DNA of 64,000 bases from a virus. Under the pieces are notes generated by a model. It made no database searches, was not told where the DNA came from, and saw only the letters and a list, made by a program, of their open reading frames with translations. A program made the translations under genes and the position numbers. The stretch lies in the IMG/VR virus record IMGVR_UViG_3300027749_000038. One strand, given 5' to 3'. This document shows positions 1 through 10,731 of the stretch, one piece after another (position 1 is the first letter of the stretch; every line of letters begins with the position of its first letter).

Positions 1-435
1 CCCAAAACTTACAGCAATCTTATCACATTCTTTTTCCATAAATTGATATGCATTTATAAATTCTCTATAGGTTCTTCCTTGTAAGACACCTATGCGTTTG
101 CCTTTTAATTTAGTAAGGTCAAATAATTCTGAAAATGCTTTAAACGATCTTAGATTGTCTTCATAATCTTGCCATACATCAGGAACAATGTATTCATCTG
201 GCTGAATTTCTTTAATCCAATTGTAATACAATTCTGGATTAAACGCATGTCCAAGTTCAAACAAGCTACAATCCATAATGATGTATCGTCCCTTTTCTTT
301 AGCTTCTCTAAAGTATTCTAGGTATTTGGGATCTTCTTCCAAGAGATGTACGAGACAGTAATCATAGTCTGTCATTTGCTGTACCTCTCTCATAATCATA
401 TAAGGAGCTTCATGAGCAATTAATGGTTTTTTCAT
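1..435 (-). CDS. TGT/DpdA-like TIM-barrel protein (7-deazaguanine transglycosylase-like), partial, runs off window start
   Basis: Translated by hand (not in ORF track): MKKPLIAHEAPY...IIMDCSLFELGHAF...PDEYIVPDVW...IGVLQGRTY...DKIAVSFG. The D-x-S, PD, QG and AV(S/G) motifs occur in the order of TGT-fold catalytic motifs. ATG lies 7 nt after the gp43 stop; queE/queC are in the window. Confidence 0.55.
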   Translation of the reverse strand, partial: MKKPLIAHEAPYMIMREVQQMTDYDYCLVHLLEEDPKYLEYFREAKEKGRYIIMDCSLFELGHAFNPELYYNWIKEIQPDEYIVPDVWQDYEDNLRSFKAFSELFDLTKLKGKRIGVLQGRTYREFINAYQFMEKECDKIAVSFG

Positions 436-442
436 AAAAATA

Positions 443-3013
443 TTATTGGAAAAGATCAAATAAATCTGTTTGAACCTCTCTGCCTGGTGTTGGTAAAATC
501 CAACCTACTCCATCATAGAACCGTTGAATAGGTGGTGCAAGTATTTTTTCAAACATAAATTGGTAATTCAATCCAACTACTTCTTTCAGTTCTGGAGGAT
601 AACTTTCATTAAATCCCATCACTTTATAATTGTAATTGTTACGCGAAGTATAAAAGTATTTGATCTTTCTTCCACTACCAATTGGTTCATACTTGTGTTC
701 CAATTTTAATTTCTTAAGAAGATTGTTATAACTAATACCAGCTTTAGGTCCAATAGGTGTACCTTTACCAGTCTGCCCCATCTCTCCTATCCGAGCCTCA
801 TACTTTTCATAATCTGAAATTTTACTGCGAATCGAAGCATCTTCTATTTTAAAAGTACAAAATTCATCATAAGCCTTGCGAAAGATTTCATCTGCTTTCT
901 TTTTATCTTGAGCTAACATCGCATTTTCAATCACTTGCATGATTAAATTTTTAACTGGCCGAGAAATAGTGGAGCGAGCCACCTCTACTCCTACATACTT
1001 GAAAGGTTTCTTAGGAATCTTGCCTTCTTGTTCTATAACATGTAGGATATATCTCTTCTTTTCTTGAAAGAACGCTACATCACATACAGCTTCTTGCTTG
1101 AATACAAAGCGTGGATCTATGGATTTGAGTTCTGCTGCTGCCCATTCAATAATTCTATCATTGAGGTATACATCAATCTCCGCCAAAACCTCTCGAGCTT
1201 TAGATGTAAGCCTATTGTTTTCTAAAAGTTTAGCATTTAATTTAGACAAAATTGGAGCAATGCTGAAGTAACAGCTATCCGTGTCACCATAAATGTATAT
1301 TTTTTTCTTATCTTCTGTAACTCCTTTGTCTTTTGCAAATTGATATGCGATCTCTGATGCTTGTTTTGCTACTGCTTGGCCTGTCAATGTGATGCTGGCC
1401 GAGTGATCTATGTCAAATAGAGGAGAATATTTCTGAGCAAATACTCCATAGATAGAGTTTAGAATTAACTTTAACACATTTTGAATAGTATCTAAGTTTA
1501 AGATCTCGGCTTCTAATTCTATTTTAGCATTTGGATCCGATGTTTCATTTACTTGATCCATTAATTTAGATACCATTGCTCTAATAGAAACACGTTCTCC
1601 GTAAACTCTGTTAATTAAATTAGGTACAACACCTTTAAACTTTTGAGTATAGAGGACATTATACTTTGATATGGCTAATTGTTCTTTTTGGACAAGCTTA
1701 TCAAACTTTTCTTTGTCTATGGTTATGGTTTTTTCGTTTGCTAGGCGAATAGTATACTCTCCACCAACCACTTCAATAATGCGACCTATTTTAGTTTCTG
1801 GTGAAATGTTAAGAGTGATGATTGTATTTGGATACAAACTGTTTGCATCATAACTGACTACGGCATTACTTAAACCTCTTTCTGGTTCGTGTACATATCC
1901 ACCTACATATTCATCTCTCAAGCCATCATTCTTGAAGGTAGGAATTCTATAACCCTGTATTACTGCTTGATGAGCCACTGCTCCTGTGATCATAGACACC
2001 TTACCCAATGATTGTTCAAATGGGATGAATCCTTTATAGGAAAGGGCTCTAATCAATTTAATGAATTTAAGCTTTTCATCCAATTTAACCAGCAATTTAA
2101 CGTCCTGAATGTTGTAATCTACAAACAATTCCCAATTTTCTTCTGACAGACTTGCTAGGTTTTGACCACCTACATCTGTTTTCCCTTCACCTAATTCATG
2201 TTCCCCGATGTAATTCAATGAATAAGATTCTCTATCTCCACGGGAAAATGTCTTATACACTTCCATATAATCAATGTTACTAACGCCTCGGATGTACCAT
2301 CTATTAATCATCTTCCCGAACTTATTCATCGCTACGTTTTCCCTATAGTAGATAGAATTGACTGGTGACATTCTGCTTGTCTCCTCTTCACCCAAGAGAT
2401 TCCCTAGTCGATTCATGATGTAAGGAACATCAAATCCCTCTCCATTCCAGGTAGCTAACACATCTGGATGGTCTGATGACCAAAAATTTAGGAACTTTTG
2501 TAATAGATCCCGCTCACTTTTACACTGAACATAGGTAACATTGCTGTCTTTTGGTTTGTAAGGACCTGTGCCCCACGAGTAATAATGGTTGGAAAGTGAA
2601 TCACATAGGGTGATTAGATTGATTGGGTCCTCTGGATTGTGTGGATCCGGCATTCTATCTGGACTATACGTCTCAATATCCAGCCAAAAGACCTTCAGAG
2701 AGCGATGTAATGCCTCAGGTTTGTGTAGTTCATCCTTAAATGTGGTTAAAAGAAAGTCTTGTTCACAACTTAGGTTATGAAATAGGCGCTTAATTGGTGT
2801 TTCATTAACGAAACGGTTGCGATCAAACTGATTTTTGAACTTAATTTTCTTCAAAGGTGTATTAAAAATAGAAATAGCGTCTACTCCTGACGTGGATTCT
2901 ACATAAAGATATGGTTCATAGCTAGATTCTATCTTAATTCTCTTACCATTTTCATCCCAAGTCCATAAATGGACAGCTTGTCTAGCAGAATCATAAAAGA
3001 CATTTCGATACAT
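443..3013 (-). CDS. gp43: Family B DNA polymerase (T4 gp43-like), 856 aa
   Basis: Exonuclease motifs DIET, WNGEGFD, YNIQD; polymerase motifs YDANSLYP, KLILNSIYG, YGDTDS; C-terminal DLFDLF resembles the gp45 clamp-binding tail. Confidence 0.97.
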   Translation of the reverse strand: MYRNVFYDSARQAVHLWTWDENGKRIKIESSYEPYLYVESTSGVDAISIFNTPLKKIKFKNQFDRNRFVNETPIKRLFHNLSCEQDFLLTTFKDELHKPEALHRSLKVFWLDIETYSPDRMPDPHNPEDPINLITLCDSLSNHYYSWGTGPYKPKDSNVTYVQCKSERDLLQKFLNFWSSDHPDVLATWNGEGFDVPYIMNRLGNLLGEEETSRMSPVNSIYYRENVAMNKFGKMINRWYIRGVSNIDYMEVYKTFSRGDRESYSLNYIGEHELGEGKTDVGGQNLASLSEENWELFVDYNIQDVKLLVKLDEKLKFIKLIRALSYKGFIPFEQSLGKVSMITGAVAHQAVIQGYRIPTFKNDGLRDEYVGGYVHEPERGLSNAVVSYDANSLYPNTIITLNISPETKIGRIIEVVGGEYTIRLANEKTITIDKEKFDKLVQKEQLAISKYNVLYTQKFKGVVPNLINRVYGERVSIRAMVSKLMDQVNETSDPNAKIELEAEILNLDTIQNVLKLILNSIYGVFAQKYSPLFDIDHSASITLTGQAVAKQASEIAYQFAKDKGVTEDKKKIYIYGDTDSCYFSIAPILSKLNAKLLENNRLTSKAREVLAEIDVYLNDRIIEWAAAELKSIDPRFVFKQEAVCDVAFFQEKKRYILHVIEQEGKIPKKPFKYVGVEVARSTISRPVKNLIMQVIENAMLAQDKKKADEIFRKAYDEFCTFKIEDASIRSKISDYEKYEARIGEMGQTGKGTPIGPKAGISYNNLLKKLKLEHKYEPIGSGRKIKYFYTSRNNYNYKVMGFNESYPPELKEVVGLNYQFMFEKILAPPIQRFYDGVGWILPTPGREVQTDLFDLFQ

Positions 3014-3048
3014 GCTTATATTTTCTCAGTTTTCAGTGAGGAAATCAA
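3014..3048 (-). promoter_or_regulatory. Putative sigma70-type early promoter of gp43
   Basis: TTGATT (3048-3043), 17 nt, GAAAAT (3025-3020), 6 nt, ATG. Confidence 0.4.
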
Positions 3049-3056
3049 GTTAATTT

Positions 3057-4367
3057 CTACAATTTTTGATCTGGATTCAATCTAATGAGCTCTGGAGACT
3101 TGAGTTGGCGCTCTTTGCTGCCCCAAGGTGTAAAATATATAGCTTCATAGCAGTCTAAATGATCTTCTAGCCATAATTTATCTGTAAACTGATAAAGATT
3201 AGAAGACAATTTCATATATCTATCAAAATCAGACGTAATATATTCTAATTGATTGATAAGATCTGTACCAGATTTGAATTTTACCTCTGCATCCCCGTAG
3301 GTACACAGGTCTTGGAAGACTCCTGGCATACCAAGAGCACCAGATTCAATCATTTTAATATTACTCTTAGATTTATTAAAGATATTATCTTGTAAAGGAG
3401 CAAAAGTAGCATTACAACCAGCATCATATTGAGCTTGAGGCAAATCAAAAAGAGGAGTCCATCCTAAAAATTCCATTTCTCCATTATCAATAAAGGGTTT
3501 GACTGCTAACGGATAGGTACCCTTCCAAACAAATTTAAACTTTTTACGAGCTTTAATAATTTCCTGAACCACATGTTCAAAATCATCCTTGAAGCCGGTT
3601 TTGTTGATCATATCTACATGAGTTCCAGACCCAGAATACAAAATACGAGGTCTCTTTTTATGTTGATCATATAATCTAGCAATTCTTTCTGGATTGTAAA
3701 GTCTGCCTAACCAAGACTTTGGTGCATAATTGGGTATGACTGTAATATTTTTGAGTCCAGTCTTCTCCATATAATAATCTTTCATGAATTGACAAGTAAC
3801 GGTCATTTCATCCATATGACTTAATATACGCAGGATAGTGTCTTCGGTTTCTTTGGAGGCAAAGGCTTCTTTGCATCTATTGTAATCTGGAATATCATTC
3901 CTAAAAACAATATCATCTACCTCATACAGCATGCGGTAGCCCATATCTTTTTGAGATTTTTTCAATTCGACAATGAATTGTTCTTGAATTGGGGTGGCTT
4001 GGCGTTGGAATCTAATAGATTTAATACCTTGATAAAACCTTATATCCAAAACCATGCTAGTTAAACCAGAAATACTAGCTTTTTGATAAGCATTTAAAGC
4101 AACTTCTGGCCAAACCATTCTCCAGAATCCACAACCACCGTAATCAGCATAATAATTTAATGCTCTTGGAGTAGATGCTTCCGGCATTTCTACTGCCGGC
4201 GCTGATGGAACATGAATGGGGGTCAATAGTATATAACGATAAACTGGTAAAAATTGTTTAGGAACACCTACTGGCAAATTGGGTATGCCTCCTAAGATTA
4301 CATTGTACTGATAAATGATAGAATCTTTAGATATTACATCTGTTTGATTTTTAATTTTTAAAGCCAT
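3057..4367 (-). CDS. Glycosyltransferase-like protein (GT-B/GT4-like), 436 aa
   Basis: DYGGCGFWRM, YEVDD, MTVT, and KSNIKMIESGALGMPGVF, a typical GT-B C-terminal motif. Confidence 0.65.
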   Translation of the reverse strand: MALKIKNQTDVISKDSIIYQYNVILGGIPNLPVGVPKQFLPVYRYILLTPIHVPSAPAVEMPEASTPRALNYYADYGGCGFWRMVWPEVALNAYQKASISGLTSMVLDIRFYQGIKSIRFQRQATPIQEQFIVELKKSQKDMGYRMLYEVDDIVFRNDIPDYNRCKEAFASKETEDTILRILSHMDEMTVTCQFMKDYYMEKTGLKNITVIPNYAPKSWLGRLYNPERIARLYDQHKKRPRILYSGSGTHVDMINKTGFKDDFEHVVQEIIKARKKFKFVWKGTYPLAVKPFIDNGEMEFLGWTPLFDLPQAQYDAGCNATFAPLQDNIFNKSKSNIKMIESGALGMPGVFQDLCTYGDAEVKFKSGTDLINQLEYITSDFDRYMKLSSNLYQFTDKLWLEDHLDCYEAIYFTPWGSKERQLKSPELIRLNPDQKL

Positions 4368-4399
4368 TGAAATATATAGTTAAGATAATAAAAAATCAC

Positions 4400-5152
4400 T
4401 TATACCTTTAAGGCTTTATCCCAAATTACTAACTGAAGTCTTGGTGAAAAATTAAAACCATGTTCCTTGGCTAACTCTGCTACATATGCTGCTCTCTCTA
4501 CATGTTCTTTTCGAGAACCTGCACATACCATAAGCCATACATTGCTTGGATGTATATAAAATTCTTTAGAATTAATGTAATTTTCAAACAATTCATCCAT
4601 GTCTTCTTTGGAATTAACTACAAACTTAAAACAAGAATTGTGTTTAGCATGCCAATCTAAAACTTCTGGTTGATACCTTCTTTCTTTCGGGTCTCCATTG
4701 TTAGATAACTTCGGCGATACTGTAAAGGATGCTTCGTAGGTATCATACCAAGTATCATTAGGTTTAATGGTGCCGTTAGTTTCAAAATCAATAGCTGGAA
4801 TTTGTTTATAACGACTGACAAATTCTTCTACAAAATCTAATAGTGGTTCTTGACGTAAGAAAGGTTCTCCACCGGTCAACTTCCAGATATCTCCTCTTAA
4901 AAGCTTCTCAACAAGACCATTTTCTTCATAAAATTTAAAGATATCTTCAAATGTCCATTTGTTTTTCTGGGACCATGAGATAAAAGAATCACAACCCCAA
5001 GGAGAATCAGGAGTAGCCCAACCTTTACACGTTAAATTACATCCAAATAAACGCAAGAAGATACTAGGTTTTCCGATTAATCGGCCTTCTCCTTCAATGG
5101 TGTGAAATCCAGGACCATCATCACTAATCAATAGGTAATTGTTTTCTGTCAT
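4400..5152 (-). CDS. queE: 7-carboxy-7-deazaguanine synthase QueE (radical SAM)
   Basis: FHTIEGEG...PSIFLRLFGCNLTC...CDS, TGGEP, ETNGT, TVSPK, KFVV, SPRLQ..IW. ATG at 5152 preferred over the TTG at 5170. Confidence 0.9.
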   Translation of the reverse strand: MTENNYLLISDDGPGFHTIEGEGRLIGKPSIFLRLFGCNLTCKGWATPDSPWGCDSFISWSQKNKWTFEDIFKFYEENGLVEKLLRGDIWKLTGGEPFLRQEPLLDFVEEFVSRYKQIPAIDFETNGTIKPNDTWYDTYEASFTVSPKLSNNGDPKERRYQPEVLDWHAKHNSCFKFVVNSKEDMDELFENYINSKEFYIHPSNVWLMVCAGSRKEHVERAAYVAELAKEHGFNFSPRLQLVIWDKALKV

Positions 5153-5156
5153 AATA

Positions 5157-6974
5157 TTAAATTTGTTCAATTAATTTTGTTTCTCCGTTGTGTTTTTCTA
5201 AAAGAATAATCTGATCCACACCTGATTTAGAGGTATGAGTGTTGTGTGAGATAATATAAATGTTTTCTTGAAATTTTTCAACTCTATCTTTTAGAATGTC
5301 TAAAATTTTATCTACACCTTTCTCGTCTATAGCAGAATCAAATAATTCATCATACATACTCAAGGAAAAAGAGGTGCCAGTTTGTTGTCTTAACAAATCC
5401 TGAAACATAAAAAGAATTGCCAGATCTATTCGTTTTTGTTCTCCGGCACTATAGTTAAAATAAGAACTTTCTTTTCCATACTCATCATGAATAGTCTCTT
5501 CAAACACTTCATTGAATTCACATTTACACGGAGCTTCTAAAATTTGTAAATAATGATTTAATCTAGAATTGAGAATGACTAACATTTTCTTAATAATGTA
5601 GGTCTTCACCCCTTCTTCTGATACTACATACTTTGCCACCTCTAGAACTGAAATTCTTTTTTGCAAATCTTCCAATTTAGTTTCTTCTTCTGCAATTTCT
5701 TCTTTAATATTTGATATTAAACTTTCAAATTCATTTTTAGAATTTTGAATTTCTTCAATTTCTTTTTGAAGAGAATTGTTTATGTCCGTTAAGTGTTTGA
5801 TTTCTTTAGAAATTATAGAAAAATTATGTATACTATCTGAATCTTTTTTAATTTGTGTATTTAATGTTTTGATTGCTTCTACTATATCTTTGCAATCTTT
5901 ATTTTTTTGCTTAATATCAGCTGTTAATAATTTTTTAGATTCTTCTTCTGTTTTAATTTTTACATCAATATCATTACACAATTCTTCTATGTGTTTTTTA
6001 TCATGATCTTCATAAGATCTCTTACAGGTGGGGCATGTTTGAGTTTTTTCTTTTAACGCCTCTAATTCTTTTTTTAATTGAGCAATTTTAAATGAAGACA
6101 AATTTTCTTGTTTTTTCAGAAAGTCTGATGATCCGGAACAATCCAAAGATAATTCTTCTAATTTTTTAATTTTTTGTTCTTTTTTAGAAATTGAATTTAA
6201 CAAGTCATTTTTTTCTTGTTCCAAAGCATTTAAATCTAATTTAGATTCAGTTTCTATTTTTTCTTTATTTATAGATATTTTGGTTTTTAAATTATCTATT
6301 TTTTCAATTTTAACATTTTCTGTTTTTTGAAATTGTTTAATGTAAATTTCTAAATTTTTCTGTTTTTCTATAAATTTTGCACTACAGAGATCGTTTTCTT
6401 TTTAGTAATCATTATGATCCAGCCGGATCTGTAAAAGCATTTCGCTAAAAATACCTAACTGCAATATGCCTTCTACAAATTTTCTCTTGTCTACTTTCTT
6501 TTGAGCCATGAAAGGTAAGGTGTTATTAGCAGCCATAATGACCGCGTTACGAAACACTTCTTCATTAGCTCCTATGAGTTCTTTAACTTTTTCATCCGTC
6601 TTGGGCATTGAGGAGAGAGTAATATCCTCTTCATTGCAGTACAGTTTTACAGAATTAGGAGAAATAGTTCTTATTAAAGTGTATGCATTTACTTTATTCG
6701 ATGAGACTACATTAAATTCTAATATCACACAACAATTGCCATCAGACTGTCTATGAACTATTCTCTCTCTTTTAATTTCTCTCATGGTGTTACCAAACAG
6801 ACACCAATATAAAGATTCTACAATAGTGCTTTTACCTACACCATTCCTCCCTCCCTTGTCTCTATTTTCTCCAGTTATAATAGAGATACCGCTTTGAAAA
6901 TTTAATGTTAGAGGTGTTTCTCCTACAGAGAGAAAATTTTGTATTTTTACAGATTTAAAAATTACTCGCTTCAC
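5157..6974 (-). CDS. gp46: Recombination endonuclease ATPase subunit gp46 (Rad50/SbcC-like), interrupted by one in-frame TAA at 6402-6404
   Basis: Walker A GVGKST in the N-part; CPTC zinc hook, YSAGEQKR signature, MYDELFD Walker B and ISH in the C-part. The 59 codons between the two track ORFs are open and in frame. Confidence 0.9.
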
Positions 6975-7008
6975 TAGTATAGTATCCTAGACGATTTAAA
7001 AATATCAA
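6975..7008 (-). promoter_or_regulatory. Putative sigma70-type early promoter of gp46
   Basis: TTGATA (7008-7003), 18 nt, TACTAT (6984-6979), 4 nt, GTG. Confidence 0.45.
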
Positions 7009-7018
7009 GAAAGATAGA

Positions 7019-7966
7019 CTACGATAAGAACAAATTATTAAATCGTTTCATTACATTTTCTGGGGTAAATTCTGAAACCAATTCTTTGTAATTTATAGTT
7101 TTATGATATTGTTTGTCAAAATTTAATAAAATATCAAAACATTCTTGATAAGAAGAATACCACAAGCCCTTGCCTCCGAGCATATCTAAATGTGCTGTGT
7201 CTATTCCTTGTCGACAGCTTATTACTGGTTTATTAAAAAATAAAAATTCTGCAATAGCTAGTCCGAAAGATTCTCCAAACTGTCTGGCATGAATCAAGCC
7301 GTCGCACATATTGATGTAATCAGATTTGTTCTGTAAATTGTATGTTGGATTTATAAAAATAATTTGATTATGTTTACAAAATTCTCTTGTATTCATAAAC
7401 ACAAAATAAATATTTTTTCTTTTTTTACAGACATCAAATACGGCTCTTTTAGAAGCTTCTATGTCAAATTCATCCAACCCTCCATATCTTCCAATAACAG
7501 TGGCTTCTTCTGATATATTTAATTTTTTTCTTAAATTAAAATTTTTACACTCTGGAAGAGTTACTATGTGAGGTACATAATTTTCTGAATTGTTTGTCAT
7601 TTTTTCAGACAACCATTTTGATACATAAAAATATTTGTCTCCGTGAGGATTGTAATGCTGAAATACAGCATGTATTAAATTTTTAGATCCAAGGGTAACT
7701 CTTCCATCTATGTCTCCCGCTTTTATCAAATATGTGTAGTCTATTTGAAGTTTTTTGATAATTTCTTCTATTTCTGAAAATTCATCATACAAATGTACCT
7801 CAAATCTATCTTCAAATTTTTTAAGAGCTCCTAGATCACTGCCTCTTCTGGAAACTATATAGGATTTATTATTTAATAAAGTTTCATTGTAGTGGGCATA
7901 ATCAAACATTGCTACCTCCGTACCCCTGATACATAACTGATTAGAATGAAATAATATGTTTTTCAT
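7019..7966 (-). CDS. Glycosyltransferase, GT4-like, 315 aa
   Basis: RGTEVAMFDYA N-terminus; GRYGG; HARQFGESFGLAIAEF (E-x-F-G-x3-x-E GT4 motif), KPVIS. Confidence 0.8.
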   Translation of the reverse strand: MKNILFHSNQLCIRGTEVAMFDYAHYNETLLNNKSYIVSRRGSDLGALKKFEDRFEVHLYDEFSEIEEIIKKLQIDYTYLIKAGDIDGRVTLGSKNLIHAVFQHYNPHGDKYFYVSKWLSEKMTNNSENYVPHIVTLPECKNFNLRKKLNISEEATVIGRYGGLDEFDIEASKRAVFDVCKKRKNIYFVFMNTREFCKHNQIIFINPTYNLQNKSDYINMCDGLIHARQFGESFGLAIAEFLFFNKPVISCRQGIDTAHLDMLGGKGLWYSSYQECFDILLNFDKQYHKTINYKELVSEFTPENVMKRFNNLFLS

Positions 7967-8505
7967 TATTTAGAAATTTGTATAACAAATGTAGGACATC
8001 CGTCTTCAGTAACTGCTATAATGTTTTGTTTATATTGATAACAAAAATTATCTACGGCAGCTGCTATTTGAGTTCCTTGAACATAATCATGTCCTAACAA
8101 AATACCTGAATTTTTTATTTTATTAAAAGATAATTCTAAATCTTTGGTTACAGCTTCATAGGAATGGTCAGCATCAACATAAATCATATCATAAGAATTA
8201 TCTGAACAAGAATTTAAAAAATCCACTGTGTTATTTCTTATAACATTTACATTACTATTAAACTTGTATACGTCTCTTAAATTAAAAAACACTTCTTCCA
8301 TATTATTAATAATGGTATGATTATTACCGTCTTTATCACCAGACCCAAACTTACCCTCCCATATATCCACCAAATTTAATTCCTTAGGAATCATTCTCTC
8401 ATATATTTCTCGCGCAAATTCTCCTTTAAAAACTCCCAACTCTGCTATTTTTAAATTTTTTGGAAGCTTGTCTAATAAATCATTTCTTGTTTTAAATATT
8501 CTCAT
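7966..8505 (-). CDS. Class I SAM-dependent methyltransferase (Methyltransf_24-like)
   Basis: AELGVFKG, LVDIW, DMIYVDADHSY, GILLGHDY. Confidence 0.85.
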   Translation of the reverse strand: MRIFKTRNDLLDKLPKNLKIAELGVFKGEFAREIYERMIPKELNLVDIWEGKFGSGDKDGNNHTIINNMEEVFFNLRDVYKFNSNVNVIRNNTVDFLNSCSDNSYDMIYVDADHSYEAVTKDLELSFNKIKNSGILLGHDYVQGTQIAAAVDNFCYQYKQNIIAVTEDGCPTFVIQISK

Positions 8506-9344
8506 ATAGAATTAACAAATTTAATTAAGCTCTTGGCCCTGTTTTTAAAGGTGTGTTTAGATTTAACAAATTCACAACCTTTTGCAGACACCTCCGAAAT
8601 AACATCTTCTTTGTTTTTTAAAAAATTAATAATTTCTACAGCTTCTTCTATGTTCCTATAAACAAAAACATTTGTTTCTGGTTTAAATCCTAATTCTGTA
8701 TATTGATCATTGTGATCTGTGAGTAGTAAAGTTCCACATCCCATAGTTTCAAAATTTCTATAATTTACATCCACACCAATATTTTTATTAAAATGGATTT
8801 TATAAGATCTGATAGCATTTATCATGTTCTGTCCTCTTACATCTATGTCTATTTTAAAAGACATAATAGAAGACAGATATTGTAACAAAGATCCTCTATT
8901 AACCACATTACCACAGAATCCTATTAGATGTTTTTTTTCATTCTCTACTGGAAACAAAAAATCACCATCATAACAGTTTGGAAACCAAAGACTATCTTTA
9001 TTACAAAAATATTTTGTAGCTTGCAAAATATAGTTATATTTTCCTTCACTGTAAACCATATCATAATATTCTTGTCCTCTACAATGGCTGTCTATAGCCC
9101 ACAAGAATTTTAGAGGAGACTTAACATGTGCCAAATTAGGCATCCATCCGGTATCATAATTTTCTAAATTAATAATAACATCATATTTTTCATAATCTGG
9201 AATTGTTTGAAAATTATCATGCCCTAAACCCCAAACATCACACTCTACTTCATTATGAATTAGGGCTCTTTGCATGCTATTACATTCTCTCAAATGTTTG
9301 CTAATTTCATGTCTACCGTTTTCCTGTATAATTAAAAATTTCAT
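8502..9344 (-). CDS. Glycosyltransferase (Glyco_trans_1_2/CgeB-like), 280 aa
   Basis: IGFCGNVVNRG, KIHFN, NYRNFETMGCGTLLLTD, KHTFKNRA. ATG at 9344 is coupled to the upstream stop (TAATG). Confidence 0.75.
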   Translation of the reverse strand: MKFLIIQENGRHEISKHLRECNSMQRALIHNEVECDVWGLGHDNFQTIPDYEKYDVIINLENYDTGWMPNLAHVKSPLKFLWAIDSHCRGQEYYDMVYSEGKYNYILQATKYFCNKDSLWFPNCYDGDFLFPVENEKKHLIGFCGNVVNRGSLLQYLSSIMSFKIDIDVRGQNMINAIRSYKIHFNKNIGVDVNYRNFETMGCGTLLLTDHNDQYTELGFKPETNVFVYRNIEEAVEIINFLKNKEDVISEVSAKGCEFVKSKHTFKNRAKSLIKFVNSI

Positions 9345-10069
9345 TAAAATACTCCTCTGTGGTGCCGGAATAATTGTGGATACGGGCGTTTTAAGTGATT
9401 GCCCCATTCAGATGGCTCTGGTAGTAATTCTATATTATGTTTTGCTGCTAGCAAGGACATAATGGATTGATCGTGTCGATGATCACTAAAAGTGGACAAA
9501 TTAGGTTTTGTGATGTTGGGTAAATCGGAAATTATATTTTCATTTTCTGAAAATGTTTTAAATTCTTTTAATAAAGATTGTGTAAAAGATGTTTTCTTAA
9601 AGAAAAGATAGGAAGCATCAATTTGAGGTGCTTTATAATATTTTTCTTCATCACAATCCATTAAGGTAAAACAATCTCTCTTAGTCCAATCTTGATTTAT
9701 ATGTGGTATTCCATGGGGATTACCATCTCTATTATCAAATAATACTACCTCTTTTTGATTACATACGGATATAATATAATCCAAATTGCTAACAATTTGA
9801 TTGCCACTATCAATGTACAAAATAATGTCGTTGTCATTTGCTATGTTAAAAGTTTGTTCCAAAATGGCTGATTTCCACATCCAATATCCATATCCTCTAG
9901 TGGTTGGTGTTAATAAATGAGAGTATTTTTCTGAAAATTCTTTATCCAAATTTGATGGATTAAAGGAAATAATATGTTTGACGCCAACCCTGGCAGCACT
10001 CTGGTTAAGATTTTTTTGAGATCTATACCATTTTTCATTATTAGCAAAAGAAATTAATATTACGTTCAT
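9344..10069 (-). CDS. Putative GT-A fold glycosyltransferase, 241 aa
   Basis: RGYGYWMWK, LYIDSG (DxD-like), HRHDQSIMSLL. Confidence 0.6.
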   Translation of the reverse strand: MNVILISFANNEKWYRSQKNLNQSAARVGVKHIISFNPSNLDKEFSEKYSHLLTPTTRGYGYWMWKSAILEQTFNIANDNDIILYIDSGNQIVSNLDYIISVCNQKEVVLFDNRDGNPHGIPHINQDWTKRDCFTLMDCDEEKYYKAPQIDASYLFFKKTSFTQSLLKEFKTFSENENIISDLPNITKPNLSTFSDHRHDQSIMSLLAAKHNIELLPEPSEWGNHLKRPYPQLFRHHRGVF

Positions 10070-10731
10070 TTAAAATTGATTAATTTACGAGCTTCAAAAG
10101 TGGCTCGATCTTCTTGTTCTAAACTATCATTTTTTATGTACAATTCATCCGGTTGATCTTTGACTATGGAATATTGCACATGTTTTATTAAAAGTTGATC
10201 AAAATACTTTACCTTGTTTAATTGTTGACTCACTAAAGTAAATTCTGTATCACTGTATAATGATTTATAAGCTGGATGGTAAATGTAACCAAATCTATCA
10301 TAATATTTTTTACCGAGAATACATAAGGTATTTAAATTAGATCCCTGAAAACCATCATTAAACCATAATACACCGTCTGTATTTGAAAATGTCTCTGACA
10401 TTTTGGTACGAATAACTTCATCATAACCTTTTTGTACTGGCAGCATATCATCGGAAGCCAACAACAAAATATCAAAATTTTTATCTTTTAAATTATTGTT
10501 TACGGCTTCTATTTTTGATTTGTTATTTTCAAAATAATATCTTAAATATGGATAAGAATTTAATCTATTAATAACTTCTTGATTGTTCATTGTGATATCA
10601 TCTGTATCACAAGATATAACAAATTCAACATTAAGATTTTTTAATAAAAGATAATATTTGTCTAAAATATTAAAAAATTTTGATGGTCTACTTCTAGTCG
10701 GAAATTTTATTAACAGTTTTAAATCCTTCAT
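10066..10731 (-). CDS. GT2-like glycosyltransferase, 221 aa
   Basis: KFPTRSRP, ISCDTDD, KIEAVN, LLASDDM, YSDTEFT. Confidence 0.7.
   Translation of the reverse strand: MKDLKLLIKFPTRSRPSKFFNILDKYYLLLKNLNVEFVISCDTDDITMNNQEVINRLNSYPYLRYYFENNKSKIEAVNNNLKDKNFDILLLASDDMLPVQKGYDEVIRTKMSETFSNTDGVLWFNDGFQGSNLNTLCILGKKYYDRFGYIYHPAYKSLYSDTEFTLVSQQLNKVKYFDQLLIKHVQYSIVKDQPDELYIKNDSLEQEDRATFEARKLINFK

Noticed and set aside
6402-6404. Stop-codon reassignment (alternative genetic code) as the explanation for the gp46 TAA
   Set aside because: TAA, TAG and TGA all terminate clearly complete genes here (gp43 TAA, gp55 TAG, ATGA overlaps), and no other core gene is fragmented.
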